Part shown: positions 8,147 to 16,491 of the stretch, piece by piece | Numbering within the stretch: position 1 is the stretch's first letter | Layout: each line of letters opens with the position of its first letter | Origin: Candidatus Poseidoniales archaeon | GTDB taxonomy: Archaea; Thermoplasmatota; Poseidoniia; Poseidoniales; Poseidoniaceae | Direction of reading: 5' to 3' | NCBI GenBank assembly: GCA_038105035.1 | Contig: JAYOBT010000006.1 | Location: 4,704-68,703 of the forward strand | Length of the DNA: 64,000 bases | Program-made: the position numbers and the translations under genes | Notes under the pieces: model-generated | Databases searched by the model: none | What the model saw: only the letters and a program-made list of their open reading frames with translations | What the model was told of the DNA's origin: nothing

Positions 8147-9364
8147 ATGAGCGAGTTGAGAGAACAGGATGGGCTTCGCCTAGCCGTCTTGTCTCGCGGC
8201 GCTCGTCTGTACTCGACGCGACGTCTTGTCGAAGAAGCTCGAAAACGTGGACTTGATGTCAATGTTCTCGATCCGATGAGCTTCTCTCTGTTCGTTGATG
8301 ACAACGGCATTGATGTCATGCACGAAGGGCGTCCAGCGGCCTTTGATGCGGTCATTCCTCGTATTGGTCACTCCATCACGCGTCACGGTGTTGCCGTGCT
8401 TCGCCATCTTGAGCAAATGGGCATATGGACGGCCAACACAGGACAAGGCATTCTCCAGAGTCGAGACAAATTGCATGCTTCGCAACTGCTGGCTCGGAAC
8501 AAAATTCCAGTTCCACGCACCGTCTACGTTCGAGATACAGCCGATATCGAACATGCCATCGAAGCGGTTGGCGGCCTTCCAGTCGTCGTTAAGGTGACCG
8601 AAGGAACCCAAGGTCAAGGCGTGTTCTTACGCCACACCCATCACGAGACACGCAACCTTGTTCAGGGATTGTTGCACACCAAGAAGGCCATTCTCATTCA
8701 GGAATACATTGCTGAATCGCACGGTACTGATATCCGTGCCTTGGTCGTTGGCGACCGAGTCGTTGCTTGCATGCGTCGACGTGCCCGTGGACGTGAATTC
8801 CGAAGCAACTTCCACCTCAATGGAACCGTTGAACCGGTTGACCTCGACCCTGTTTTTGAAGAAGTCGCCTGTCGAGCAGCACGTGTTCTCGGCCTTCGAG
8901 TTGCTGGTGTCGATTTGCTCGAATCCGAAGACGGTCCGCTCGTTCTCGAAGTCAATTCAAGCCCAGGATTGGAAGGCATCGAGAAGGCCAGTGGTGTGAA
9001 CGTCGCTGGAGAGATCATCGATTTCGTCATCAACGATGCGGTCTTCACAGAGGTTGAGTTGGACAAGTTGCTGCGAACCGTTCCTGGTGAAGGTGTGTTG
9101 TCGATTCAACTGCTTCATCATCCGAATCTGATTGGTCATTCCATTGACGAAATCTTTGCCAACAGTGAGCAACCACCCGTCTATGCGCTCAGTCGAGGTG
9201 ACAAAATGATGTGGAATCCAGAACCAAGTGTCCAACTTCGTTACGATGATGTCTTGATTTGTTATGGTGAACTTGAATCGCTTCGAGCAACGCTACGTAA
9301 GGCGGTTTTGATGTCCCCACCGATCGCATCAGACTCGCCTTCGAGCGAAGAGACCAACGCTTGA
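8147..9364 (+). CDS. rimK: RimK-family ATP-grasp alpha-L-glutamate ligase fused to a C-terminal TrkA-C (RCK_C)-like domain
   Basis: Residues 1-300 match RimK throughout (LAVLSRGARLYSTRRL..., ...VVVKVTEGTQGQGV..., ...LIQEYI...G.DIRALVVGDRVVA..., ...RSNFHLNG..., ...AGVDLLES.DGPLVLEVNSSPGLEGIE). The last ~90 aa (LIGHSIDEIF...VYALSRGDKMMWNPEPSVQLRYDDVLICYGELESL) look like TrkA-C. Confidence 0.85.
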   Translation: MSELREQDGLRLAVLSRGARLYSTRRLVEEARKRGLDVNVLDPMSFSLFVDDNGIDVMHEGRPAAFDAVIPRIGHSITRHGVAVLRHLEQMGIWTANTGQGILQSRDKLHASQLLARNKIPVPRTVYVRDTADIEHAIEAVGGLPVVVKVTEGTQGQGVFLRHTHHETRNLVQGLLHTKKAILIQEYIAESHGTDIRALVVGDRVVACMRRRARGREFRSNFHLNGTVEPVDLDPVFEEVACRAARVLGLRVAGVDLLESEDGPLVLEVNSSPGLEGIEKASGVNVAGEIIDFVINDAVFTEVELDKLLRTVPGEGVLSIQLLHHPNLIGHSIDEIFANSEQPPVYALSRGDKMMWNPEPSVQLRYDDVLICYGELESLRATLRKAVLMSPPIASDSPSSEETNA

Positions 9365-9478
9365 TTCGCGTTCGGGATTTCATTCAACAGATTCATATGG
9401 AGGTGTGCTAACTGCACCTTGTCCGCAAGGACACGGGATGCACTTCCGCTTCGGCGGAATCAACGGCGATGATGCCAT

Positions 9479-10570
9479 ATGGAGAGAAAACACACACAGC
9501 CGAAGGCTCGACGACCGAGCCAGCTTCGTCTATCGGACGAAGACATTCAGCTTCCTCCACGTCTCGTTCACATCCAGAACCTTCCTTGGTTGGATTGTTA
9601 CGACCAACAACTGCGTACGGAGAACAAATCCGAAAACACGCGCAAAACCTACCTCAACGGTCTTCGCGCCCTTGTAGAAACAACCCTGCCTGGAGAGAAC
9701 GTCCTCTCTGAGCACGATCTTGAATCAATGGATGTGGCAACGCTTGCACAACGCCTCGAACCACTCAATGGACGCATCGACCGATGGACGCATTCGATGA
9801 GCGAATTGAGTCCATCAACCTACAATGCTCGTCTAGCGGCTGCTCGTCACATGATCAAGTGGCTCGGTCATCGATGGCCAGACCACCTCGTGCGCGCTCG
9901 AACAGGTCGTAAACTGCCACGAACACTCACTCGACGAGAATTGACTTCGGTGATTGAAGCGGCCAACACCTCTGAAAACGCCATCGCTTCTGTGGTCGTG
10001 ACGGTCTTGCTCGATACGGGTATGCGCGTTTCGGAATTGTGCAACCTGAATCTGTCCGACATTGAACTCGAAGGATTGCATGCGAAAGTCATCGGTGGAA
10101 AGGGTGACAAGGATCGTATCGTTTTGTTCACGCAACGGACCAAGAACTGCATCGATGCCTATCTTCCGATTCGAAATGCACGCATTCGTGATGACGATTT
10201 GCCGTTCCTCCTCAATCAAGCTGGACGACGTTTGCAACCTCGAGGTGTGCAACGTCTCATGGATCAACTGGCTTTGGAAGCGAATCTACCGAAAGGAAAA
10301 CTCACACCGCACGTCCTTCGCCACAACTTTGCGACTGGATTGCTCGAGCGTGGAGCCGATCTGGTCACCATTCAGCGACTGCTTGGTCACACCAGCATAG
10401 CCACCACACGTGTCTATCTCGACATCTCGGACCAAACCTTGCGAGAGGTCTACCATCGTGCGCAATCCATGCGTCAAACCATGGATGAGGAACAAGCACA
10501 ACGCGATGAGAAACTCACCGAACAAGAAGGTGGAACCGAAACGTTCGGTATTGACATCTCACGAACGTGA
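9479..10570 (+). CDS. xerA: tyrosine recombinase XerA/XerC/XerD family
   Basis: The C-terminal catalytic region is ...TGMRVSELCNLNLSDI..., ...GKGDKDRIV..., ...HVLRHNFATGLLERGADLVTIQRLLGHTSIATTRVYLD (R..HxxR..Y). The N-terminal SAM-like core-binding domain contains NTRKTYLNGLRAL. Confidence 0.85.
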   Translation: MERKHTQPKARRPSQLRLSDEDIQLPPRLVHIQNLPWLDCYDQQLRTENKSENTRKTYLNGLRALVETTLPGENVLSEHDLESMDVATLAQRLEPLNGRIDRWTHSMSELSPSTYNARLAAARHMIKWLGHRWPDHLVRARTGRKLPRTLTRRELTSVIEAANTSENAIASVVVTVLLDTGMRVSELCNLNLSDIELEGLHAKVIGGKGDKDRIVLFTQRTKNCIDAYLPIRNARIRDDDLPFLLNQAGRRLQPRGVQRLMDQLALEANLPKGKLTPHVLRHNFATGLLERGADLVTIQRLLGHTSIATTRVYLDISDQTLREVYHRAQSMRQTMDEEQAQRDEKLTEQEGGTETFGIDISRT

Positions 10571-10741
10571 TCGCTTTCGCTTTTCGATAGCATCAGGACC
10601 CGCCCATTCACGATGTGGGGTCACATCTTGACCAGAATGTCCAGGAATCGGACAATGCTTTCCAGAACGACATCGAGAACAATTTTCCTTTGGAGGCAAT
10701 TCAACGGTCTTTCGCAAACGACCGTACTTCCTCCTTGGCAT
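10559..10741 (-). CDS. possible small basic zinc-knuckle-like protein (60 aa)
   Basis: The ATG at 10741 gives MPRRKYGRLRKTVELPPKENCSRCRSGKHCPIPGHSG...KRKRSRS. It has a C-x2-C-x4-H-C-x4-H cluster flanked by basic termini. It lies 48 nt downstream of the HhH gene on the same strand and overlaps the xerA 3' end by 12 nt. No homolog recalled. Confidence 0.35.
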   Translation of the reverse strand: MPRRKYGRLRKTVELPPKENCSRCRSGKHCPIPGHSGQDVTPHREWAGPDAIEKRKRSRS

Positions 10742-10789
10742 GGACAACCATCGGTCAAGACGGTTTTACAATGTAGCGCTCAAATCGAC

Positions 10790-11230
10790 TTACTTCTTGT
10801 TGAACCAAGGCATATCGGTTACATTTCGTGGAACCTTCAAGGTCTTGCCCTTGCGTCCATCATCGGATTTTTCCGACTTGACTTTGTGATCTCCCTTGGC
10901 TTTCTCAACGGTCTTTTCTGCAACCTTCTTGCCAGCTGCAGTGGCTTTGGAAGCAGCCTTCTTGGTGGACGAAGCGGCTTTCTTTGCGGTTGACTTCGCC
11001 TTTGCAACAGTTTTCTTGGCAGCGGATTTGGCACTCTTCTTGGCCACGGCTGCAGCCAACTTGGCTGCACTTGCCTTGTTCAATCCAGCCTTCTCAAGTC
11101 CAGCCTTTCCAGCCTTAGCAATCTTTGCAGCCGTATTCAATCCAGCCGCTTGGAGTTTCTTTGCCGTCGCTGCGCCTACGCCTGGTAGTTCAGTCAAGTC
11201 TTCGCCTTTGGAACCAGTCTTCTTTGCCAT
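10790..11230 (-). CDS. helix-hairpin-helix DNA-binding protein with a Lys/Ala-rich histone-H1-like body
   Basis: LTELPGVGAATAKKLQAAGL is an HhH motif. It is followed by ~90 aa of AKK/KKA low complexity (KKSAKSAAKKTVAKAKSTAKKAASSTKKAASKATAAGKK). Confidence 0.7.
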   Translation of the reverse strand: MAKKTGSKGEDLTELPGVGAATAKKLQAAGLNTAAKIAKAGKAGLEKAGLNKASAAKLAAAVAKKSAKSAAKKTVAKAKSTAKKAASSTKKAASKATAAGKKVAEKTVEKAKGDHKVKSEKSDDGRKGKTLKVPRNVTDMPWFNKK

Positions 11231-11364
11231 GGTCTCGCCTGACCAACCATACCATCGAGTATTCTTGAACTATTCCACGATATTTATTTGCACTCGAAAA
11301 TGGAAAACCAAGCTGTTTATCGATATGGAATGGGATTAAGAATTATCAACGCTTACGCTGAACA

Positions 11365-14300
11365 ATGCGCCCGAAAACAGCCTTAGCGATTGCCGTTTTG
11401 TTTTTCTTGAATGCCTTTTCTGCATCTTTTGCAACCATTCCGACCCAAAGTGATGCCGAATTGTTCTTCCCTGAAGCCTCTGAAACCAGTGCCCGGAACA
11501 GTTCCTGTGGTACGAATTCGACCCTGACCGATCTCATGGTTTGGACTGATGCGACAAGTTACACGCAAGGTGCTTCTCCGACAGCATACTTCGTTGTGAA
11601 CTGCAGTGTAAACGGTGACTTTTACGAACTCACCGTGACAACAAGTGGCCCAGGATGGCAGAACGGAGATTATTGGAATTGGACCGAGTCCAATGCCTAT
11701 GAATCGTTCAATACAACATGGAACAACCTCTCAGCAGGCACCTACTGCATCAACGCAACGTTGTATCACCTCCCCAGTGGAGGCAGTTGGCAAGTTGCTG
11801 ACTCAGAATATCAGTGCTTCACGATCACATCAACAACTGGAGGAGGCGGAGGTTCCTCGACCTACGTTCCAAACGGAAGCCTTTCGATCTATGGCGTCTC
11901 TTCGAACTACTCGAGCGGTTCAAACGTTACTGCCTTCTTCGATTACACCAGCCTCGATGTTGGCGTGACCTATGGTGAGATGTGGTATCTCACCGATGCC
12001 AACGGAAACGTTGTGCAAGGCTATGGTGTGAACCAAACCTGGAATGCAACCGCGTCATACACCAATTCAACGGAAACCCTTGGAAATCTCGCCAATGGTA
12101 CATATTGCATTACAGCAACGCTTTACACCGTTTATTCCAACGGTACAGCAATCATTCTCGACACCGTAACAACCTGTTTCACCATTGGTTCAACAACCCC
12201 AACCACAGGCTGTGGATACGACTGGAGTCTTGTATCGCTTTCCGTTTATCCAAACGACATTGCCTTCGTACCGGGAGAGGATCACAACGTCAGCATCTAT
12301 TCTCAGTGCAATCTGTACGATGAAAATATGGTGATTATATACAACGTCACCGATACATCAAGCGGTCAAACACTGAGTTACGGAAGTTGGCAATGGGTTC
12401 CGACCTCAACCAGTGATACACATTACTTCGAAAATCTGAATCTCGTAACAGGCGTTTATCACGTCCAAATTGGACTGTACCACTACAATGGTGCAGCAAC
12501 ATACACCATGTTGGATTCTGTGAATTACAACTTCACGGTTGCTCAAACTTCAACGATCAACGAAACGCTGGATATTGATTTCAACTCGATGAGCTACACG
12601 ACTGGTCAGAGTGTTGCGGCAACAGTGGAAGCATTTGATCTGCAAACATACTCGAATTATACCGTTACTTGGGTCTTGCTCGATGGCAGCGCCGTTGTCG
12701 ATTCAGGAAACTACACCATTGATACCTTTAATCTGAATGAAAGTATGGAGTCTCTTCTCTTCACAGCAGGGGCAAACGGAACATATTGTCTCAGCGCGAA
12801 ACTCTTCGATGTGAACGGAACCATGGTCGCTCAAGACGATACATGCTTCAACGTGGGTTCAACCACACCACCGAACAATGGAGGCGGAGGCAATGGTTCG
12901 ACCGATGTAGGAAACAATGCAACCAATCCGGTTATGCCTGTTTTCAATTGCTCAAACATTGCATGGAACTTGACGACCAACATCACCATCAATGATTGCT
13001 GGAACATGACCGATGCGTTCTGGTTTGAGTTCAATCAATCCGGTTCGATTGTTTGGATTGATCCTGTTGTTGCCGTCGGATACAATTACATCGTTTACAG
13101 CGGTCACTTGATGACCTCTGTAACCGTTCCAACAGGATACGGTGACGATGTCTTCGACCTCTATCTGTGGGATGGAACGGCTTGGTATGATTCGAACACA
13201 GATCTCTATGGAGGCGTAACGCACACCTTTGCAACACCGCTCGATCGAATGTCGATTCGTGGTATTGAAGCCTATGAAATGCTTGACCCAACCGACCCAA
13301 CGGTCTTCGTCACTGGATTGACGTTCAGCACCGCAGGAACAGTCGTCATGATCATGGATCCAATCACTGAGAATTACACCATGCAAGGCTGTGGCTACGA
13401 CCCAGCCTACACCGACCTAATGATTTGGACCGATTTGCAAGCATATGTGCAAGGTGCAACAACCTATGCTGATTACTACGTAAACTGCAGTGTGAACACC
13501 AAGGATTACGAATTGCACGTCTTTGCATACTCTGCGAGTGGTTCGTCATGGAGCGACTACGATGTATGGAACTGGACGGAAACCGACAGTTACGAGATGA
13601 TGGACGATGATTGGACGAACCTTGACCCTGGCACGTATTGTATCAACGCCACCCTGTACATGGTCAGTGGCGGTGCCTACCAATTCGTTGACTTCGAATT
13701 CACCTGTTTCACCGTGACTGCCAACAACAACGGTGGTGGAAACAACGGAACACTCGATCCTTGTGGCTTGAACAGTTCCTATACCACAATCATGAGTTGG
13801 TCGGATGCACAATCCTACAATTACGGTGACAGCCAAAACCTCAGCTTTTACGTAAATTGTACACGAATTGGTGACTCCTACACGCTCGAATACCATGTCT
13901 ATGACATCACAGACCCTGCGAACTACGTTGTCGCAGGAAGTTACTCTTGGCTTGCAACCATCACTTACCAGAGTTGGAATGACATCGTCATTGGTCTAAC
14001 CCCTGGCGATTACTGTGTACATTCCAACCTGTATCAGGCAGGTACCTATCTCACAGATGATGGAGGAACAACCAACTGTTTCACCGTTGTTGGAACGACA
14101 GTAAATACCCCTCCAACATTGGCTGCAACCCAGCAAGCTCTGATTGCTTATGCGGGCGATCCTCTGGATTGTTATGCAAACGGTATGGTTTTCATTGACC
14201 CCGATAACGATCCTGATAATTCCAACATCGATTGGTACGTCAACGGAAATTCAGTCGCTTCAGGTGTTCAAGCCATCCTACCATCTGGTTCTGTCTCACT

Positions 14301-14766
14301 CGGCGACACCCTCTACTGTGAGGCGACTGCGCATGATGGAATTACAAGCGGCAACACCTTGCAACGACACTACTACGTCGTCCCTTCCAACAACACTGCT
14401 CCAACAGTGTCTGGTGTAACCATTTCACCGACTTCACCGGAAGAGACCGATCCACTCACTTGTTCGTACACGTACAATGACCCAGAGAACGATCCAGATG
14501 CTTCAATTATGATCTGGTCCATCAATGGCGTTGCAACAACAACGCAAGGATCGACCTTGACCACTGGCTATGCCGCAGGCGATTTCGTCACATGCAGTGT
14601 GACAGCATTTGACGGCACCTCAGCAGGAAACACGGCAACGGGTACTGTTTTGGTCTTCTCACCAGGATCTGGCGGAGGTTCGACACCAACAATCGGCGTT
14701 CTCGGAACACTGGCTGTCTTGAGTGTTGCTTTCTTGCTCGTTTCTCGAAAAGAGCTTGAAGAATGA
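11365..14766 (+). CDS. large secreted, membrane-anchored surface protein built from repeated Cys-containing beta-rich modules; probable glycoprotein or adhesin
   Basis: Signal peptide MRPKTALAIAVLFFLNAFSASFA. There are at least 7 modules ending in YC(I/V/L).A.L(Y/F)....CF(T/N)(I/V), two of them near-duplicates (TDLMVWTDATSYTQGA.. and TDLMIWTDLQAYVQGA..). I count about 40 N-x-S/T sequons by eye. Two C-terminal DP.ND-type Ig-like modules follow, then the C-terminal TM IGVLGTLAVLSVAFLLV plus a charged tip. Confidence 0.75.
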   Translation: MRPKTALAIAVLFFLNAFSASFATIPTQSDAELFFPEASETSARNSSCGTNSTLTDLMVWTDATSYTQGASPTAYFVVNCSVNGDFYELTVTTSGPGWQNGDYWNWTESNAYESFNTTWNNLSAGTYCINATLYHLPSGGSWQVADSEYQCFTITSTTGGGGGSSTYVPNGSLSIYGVSSNYSSGSNVTAFFDYTSLDVGVTYGEMWYLTDANGNVVQGYGVNQTWNATASYTNSTETLGNLANGTYCITATLYTVYSNGTAIILDTVTTCFTIGSTTPTTGCGYDWSLVSLSVYPNDIAFVPGEDHNVSIYSQCNLYDENMVIIYNVTDTSSGQTLSYGSWQWVPTSTSDTHYFENLNLVTGVYHVQIGLYHYNGAATYTMLDSVNYNFTVAQTSTINETLDIDFNSMSYTTGQSVAATVEAFDLQTYSNYTVTWVLLDGSAVVDSGNYTIDTFNLNESMESLLFTAGANGTYCLSAKLFDVNGTMVAQDDTCFNVGSTTPPNNGGGGNGSTDVGNNATNPVMPVFNCSNIAWNLTTNITINDCWNMTDAFWFEFNQSGSIVWIDPVVAVGYNYIVYSGHLMTSVTVPTGYGDDVFDLYLWDGTAWYDSNTDLYGGVTHTFATPLDRMSIRGIEAYEMLDPTDPTVFVTGLTFSTAGTVVMIMDPITENYTMQGCGYDPAYTDLMIWTDLQAYVQGATTYADYYVNCSVNTKDYELHVFAYSASGSSWSDYDVWNWTETDSYEMMDDDWTNLDPGTYCINATLYMVSGGAYQFVDFEFTCFTVTANNNGGGNNGTLDPCGLNSSYTTIMSWSDAQSYNYGDSQNLSFYVNCTRIGDSYTLEYHVYDITDPANYVVAGSYSWLATITYQSWNDIVIGLTPGDYCVHSNLYQAGTYLTDDGGTTNCFTVVGTTVNTPPTLAATQQALIAYAGDPLDCYANGMVFIDPDNDPDNSNIDWYVNGNSVASGVQAILPSGSVSLGDTLYCEATAHDGITSGNTLQRHYYVVPSNNTAPTVSGVTISPTSPEETDPLTCSYTYNDPENDPDASIMIWSINGVATTTQGSTLTTGYAAGDFVTCSVTAFDGTSAGNTATGTVLVFSPGSGGGSTPTIGVLGTLAVLSVAFLLVSRKELEE

Positions 14767-14781
14767 TGCAGCAGTTTCGGG

Positions 14782-14985
14782 TCAATCAATGCTGAAACCC
14801 ATTGCGATGCAATCGACACACTTCTCGACGTTCATCGTACCGATTTCGTCGGTTCGACCACAGCGATGACAGTATCCAATGTGATTGATGATGCTCTTGC
14901 TTTGACTAGGCTGCACAGGCCTGTTGTAACACCATCCTAATATGAAGACTTGTTCAGTCCTTAGGTGACATTCATGTGGTTGCAC
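14782..14985 (-). CDS. possible small zinc-ribbon protein (67 aa, GTG start)
   Basis: Contains CHRCGRTDEIGTMNVEKCVDC (CxxC-x13-CxxC). It is the only ORF filling the 209-nt gap. The start is GTG and would overlap the neighbouring divergent gene if that gene uses its GTG at 14976. Confidence 0.25.
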   Translation of the reverse strand: MQPHECHLRTEQVFILGWCYNRPVQPSQSKSIINHIGYCHRCGRTDEIGTMNVEKCVDCIAMGFSID

Positions 14986-14999
14986 GGTACCCGTTTGTC

Positions 15000-15785
15000 A
15001 TGGACGTCGACCTTCATCCGGAACGTTCCATCCTCCACGCACAGGTTCGTAAAGCGAAAGCGAGTCATTGCGTTGATGAGGCTGGACGGTTTCTACGGCC
15101 TTCGACCTTCCGAGGACCCTCATCGAAAGTCTACCTCGGTGATGTTGCCGAAACGCTGCTTCGCTGTTCCACCGGTGCTGAAACGCCGACGTTTACGCAG
15201 CCTCCAGGTTTTGATGAGCAACGTTGGATCATGGAGTATACTGCAGGTTCGATTTACGTCACCATTCAATCCCTACCTTACTGGGGCTTTGGATTGTTGA
15301 CCTCTGGTTATCGAAACGAAGTGGTCATTCGAGGTCCGGTCGAAGAACGAGCACGCTTGGTTCACGATTGGGTTGCAGCCTTGCAACACAATCCATGGGA
15401 ATTTGCGCATCGCGGTTCGGCCAAGAAAGCACTCGATCTTGCAAGCAGTTCGCTCAAAACGAACGAAGACAACTGGCGTTCGCATCAAACGCGTGCTCGC
15501 AGTGTGTTGAACGAAGCCATCGCATCGCTTGAGCATCACATCGACCGTATTGAGAAGAAGGGGAATGTTGGGGCCGAAATGATCGAGCTTGCAAGGCTTG
15601 AAATCGACTTAGCACAACAAGCCCTTGCTGATGACAATACGCCTGCTATCGAACGTGCTCTTTCACGCGGGGAGGCCGTATTGTTGGTTCCGGTTGAAGA
15701 CGATGAAGAGGAAGCACACGGCTCGGTGCTGACCATCGAAGACGACATTCCCTTCGTCGATTTGAGCGATGATGCCTCCGAGTGA
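15000..15785 (+). CDS. hypothetical cytoplasmic protein with a helical, acidic C-terminus
   Basis: The long ORF starts at a GTG at 14976 in the track. The first ATG is at 15000 (MDVDLHPERS...). No recognisable motif. Confidence 0.55.
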   Translation: MDVDLHPERSILHAQVRKAKASHCVDEAGRFLRPSTFRGPSSKVYLGDVAETLLRCSTGAETPTFTQPPGFDEQRWIMEYTAGSIYVTIQSLPYWGFGLLTSGYRNEVVIRGPVEERARLVHDWVAALQHNPWEFAHRGSAKKALDLASSSLKTNEDNWRSHQTRARSVLNEAIASLEHHIDRIEKKGNVGAEMIELARLEIDLAQQALADDNTPAIERALSRGEAVLLVPVEDDEEEAHGSVLTIEDDIPFVDLSDDASE

Positions 15786-15834
15786 CCGCGCGTTGCGTTG
15801 ATAAAGGGAAGGCAACTCGGAGGGATTGGTCCAC

Positions 15835-16020
15835 ATGGCAAAGAAGTCGGAAGGAAGCGGAATCCAGCAAGCAGCAGGATTGATTCGATACTTCGATGAG
15901 GAGTCGGAAGAATCGATGAAGATTTCACCGTTCCAAGTCTACTTTGCTTGTTTCGTCATTGGTGGCTTCTTTTACCTCGTCAACGAGGGCGTTGTTCAAG
16001 CCATCATGGACTTGTTCTGA
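15835..16020 (+). CDS. secG: preprotein translocase subunit Sec61-beta (archaeal SecG)
   Basis: MAKKSEGSGIQQAAGLIRYFDEESEESMKISPFQVYFACFVIGGFFYLV matches the aGL.RYfdee...ki.P..V pattern plus a C-terminal TM anchor. GGAGGG lies 10 nt upstream of the ATG at 15835. Confidence 0.85.
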   Translation: MAKKSEGSGIQQAAGLIRYFDEESEESMKISPFQVYFACFVIGGFFYLVNEGVVQAIMDLF

Positions 16021-16024
16021 GCCC

Positions 16025-16462
16025 TTACATCGGACGAATCAGAACGATTTTTTGTTCCTGTTCAGCCATGCATTTCGCAACATGCATCGCTGATGCGAGA
16101 TTGATGGTCGCACCAATCGTTCGTGTTCCTTCTTCTTCGTGAAGGACCAATCGATGTGTGAGTTGATGCAGGACGTCTTGATCGATTCGCTCAAAGACCC
16201 ACTTTTCATCTTCGATTCGTACCAGAGCCGGAACATCAACAAGTGGCCCCATGCTTTGTTCAATGGTCTTGCTTCGTGCTTCTAAGCCAGCAAGATCTCG
16301 AAGTGGTTGCCAACGACGTCGCCGTGTTGGTGCTTTGATTCTACGATTTTTTTCAACGCCTGCGCGAAACGCTCTGCTCATTCCCATCCCATCCAGAAAT
16401 CCGAAGATTTCTAGTTGTTGCATCGCCATCTGGCATATAACAAGCGCGACAAGATTGTCCAT
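16025..16462 (-). CDS. hypothetical protein (145 aa)
   Basis: Start set at the ATG at 16462 (MDNLVALVICQ...) to avoid a 150-nt overlap with the upstream gene. No motif recognised. Confidence 0.5.
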   Translation of the reverse strand: MDNLVALVICQMAMQQLEIFGFLDGMGMSRAFRAGVEKNRRIKAPTRRRRWQPLRDLAGLEARSKTIEQSMGPLVDVPALVRIEDEKWVFERIDQDVLHQLTHRLVLHEEEGTRTIGATINLASAMHVAKCMAEQEQKIVLIRPM

Positions 16463-16491
16463 GAAACAGTCAATTTCAAACCGATATTGTA

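Noticed and set aside
8092-8355. N-terminal 88 codons of the 418-aa minus ORF
   Set aside because: This part is antisense to the start of rimK and is Ser/Arg/Thr-rich. The ATG at 8091 gives a sensible acidic N-terminus and a 55-nt divergent spacer to rimK.
9479-10570. Tyrosine recombinase as a marker of an integrated mobile element
   Set aside because: It has no adjacent tRNA, no direct repeats that I could see, and no phage, plasmid or transposase genes. Its size and motifs fit the housekeeping archaeal XerA dimer-resolution recombinase.
10896-11339. 147-aa Ala/Phe-rich plus-strand ORF
   Set aside because: It is the antisense image of the Lys/Ala-rich HhH gene (AAG/GCN read backwards). The minus-strand product has a genuine HhH motif and an ATG start.
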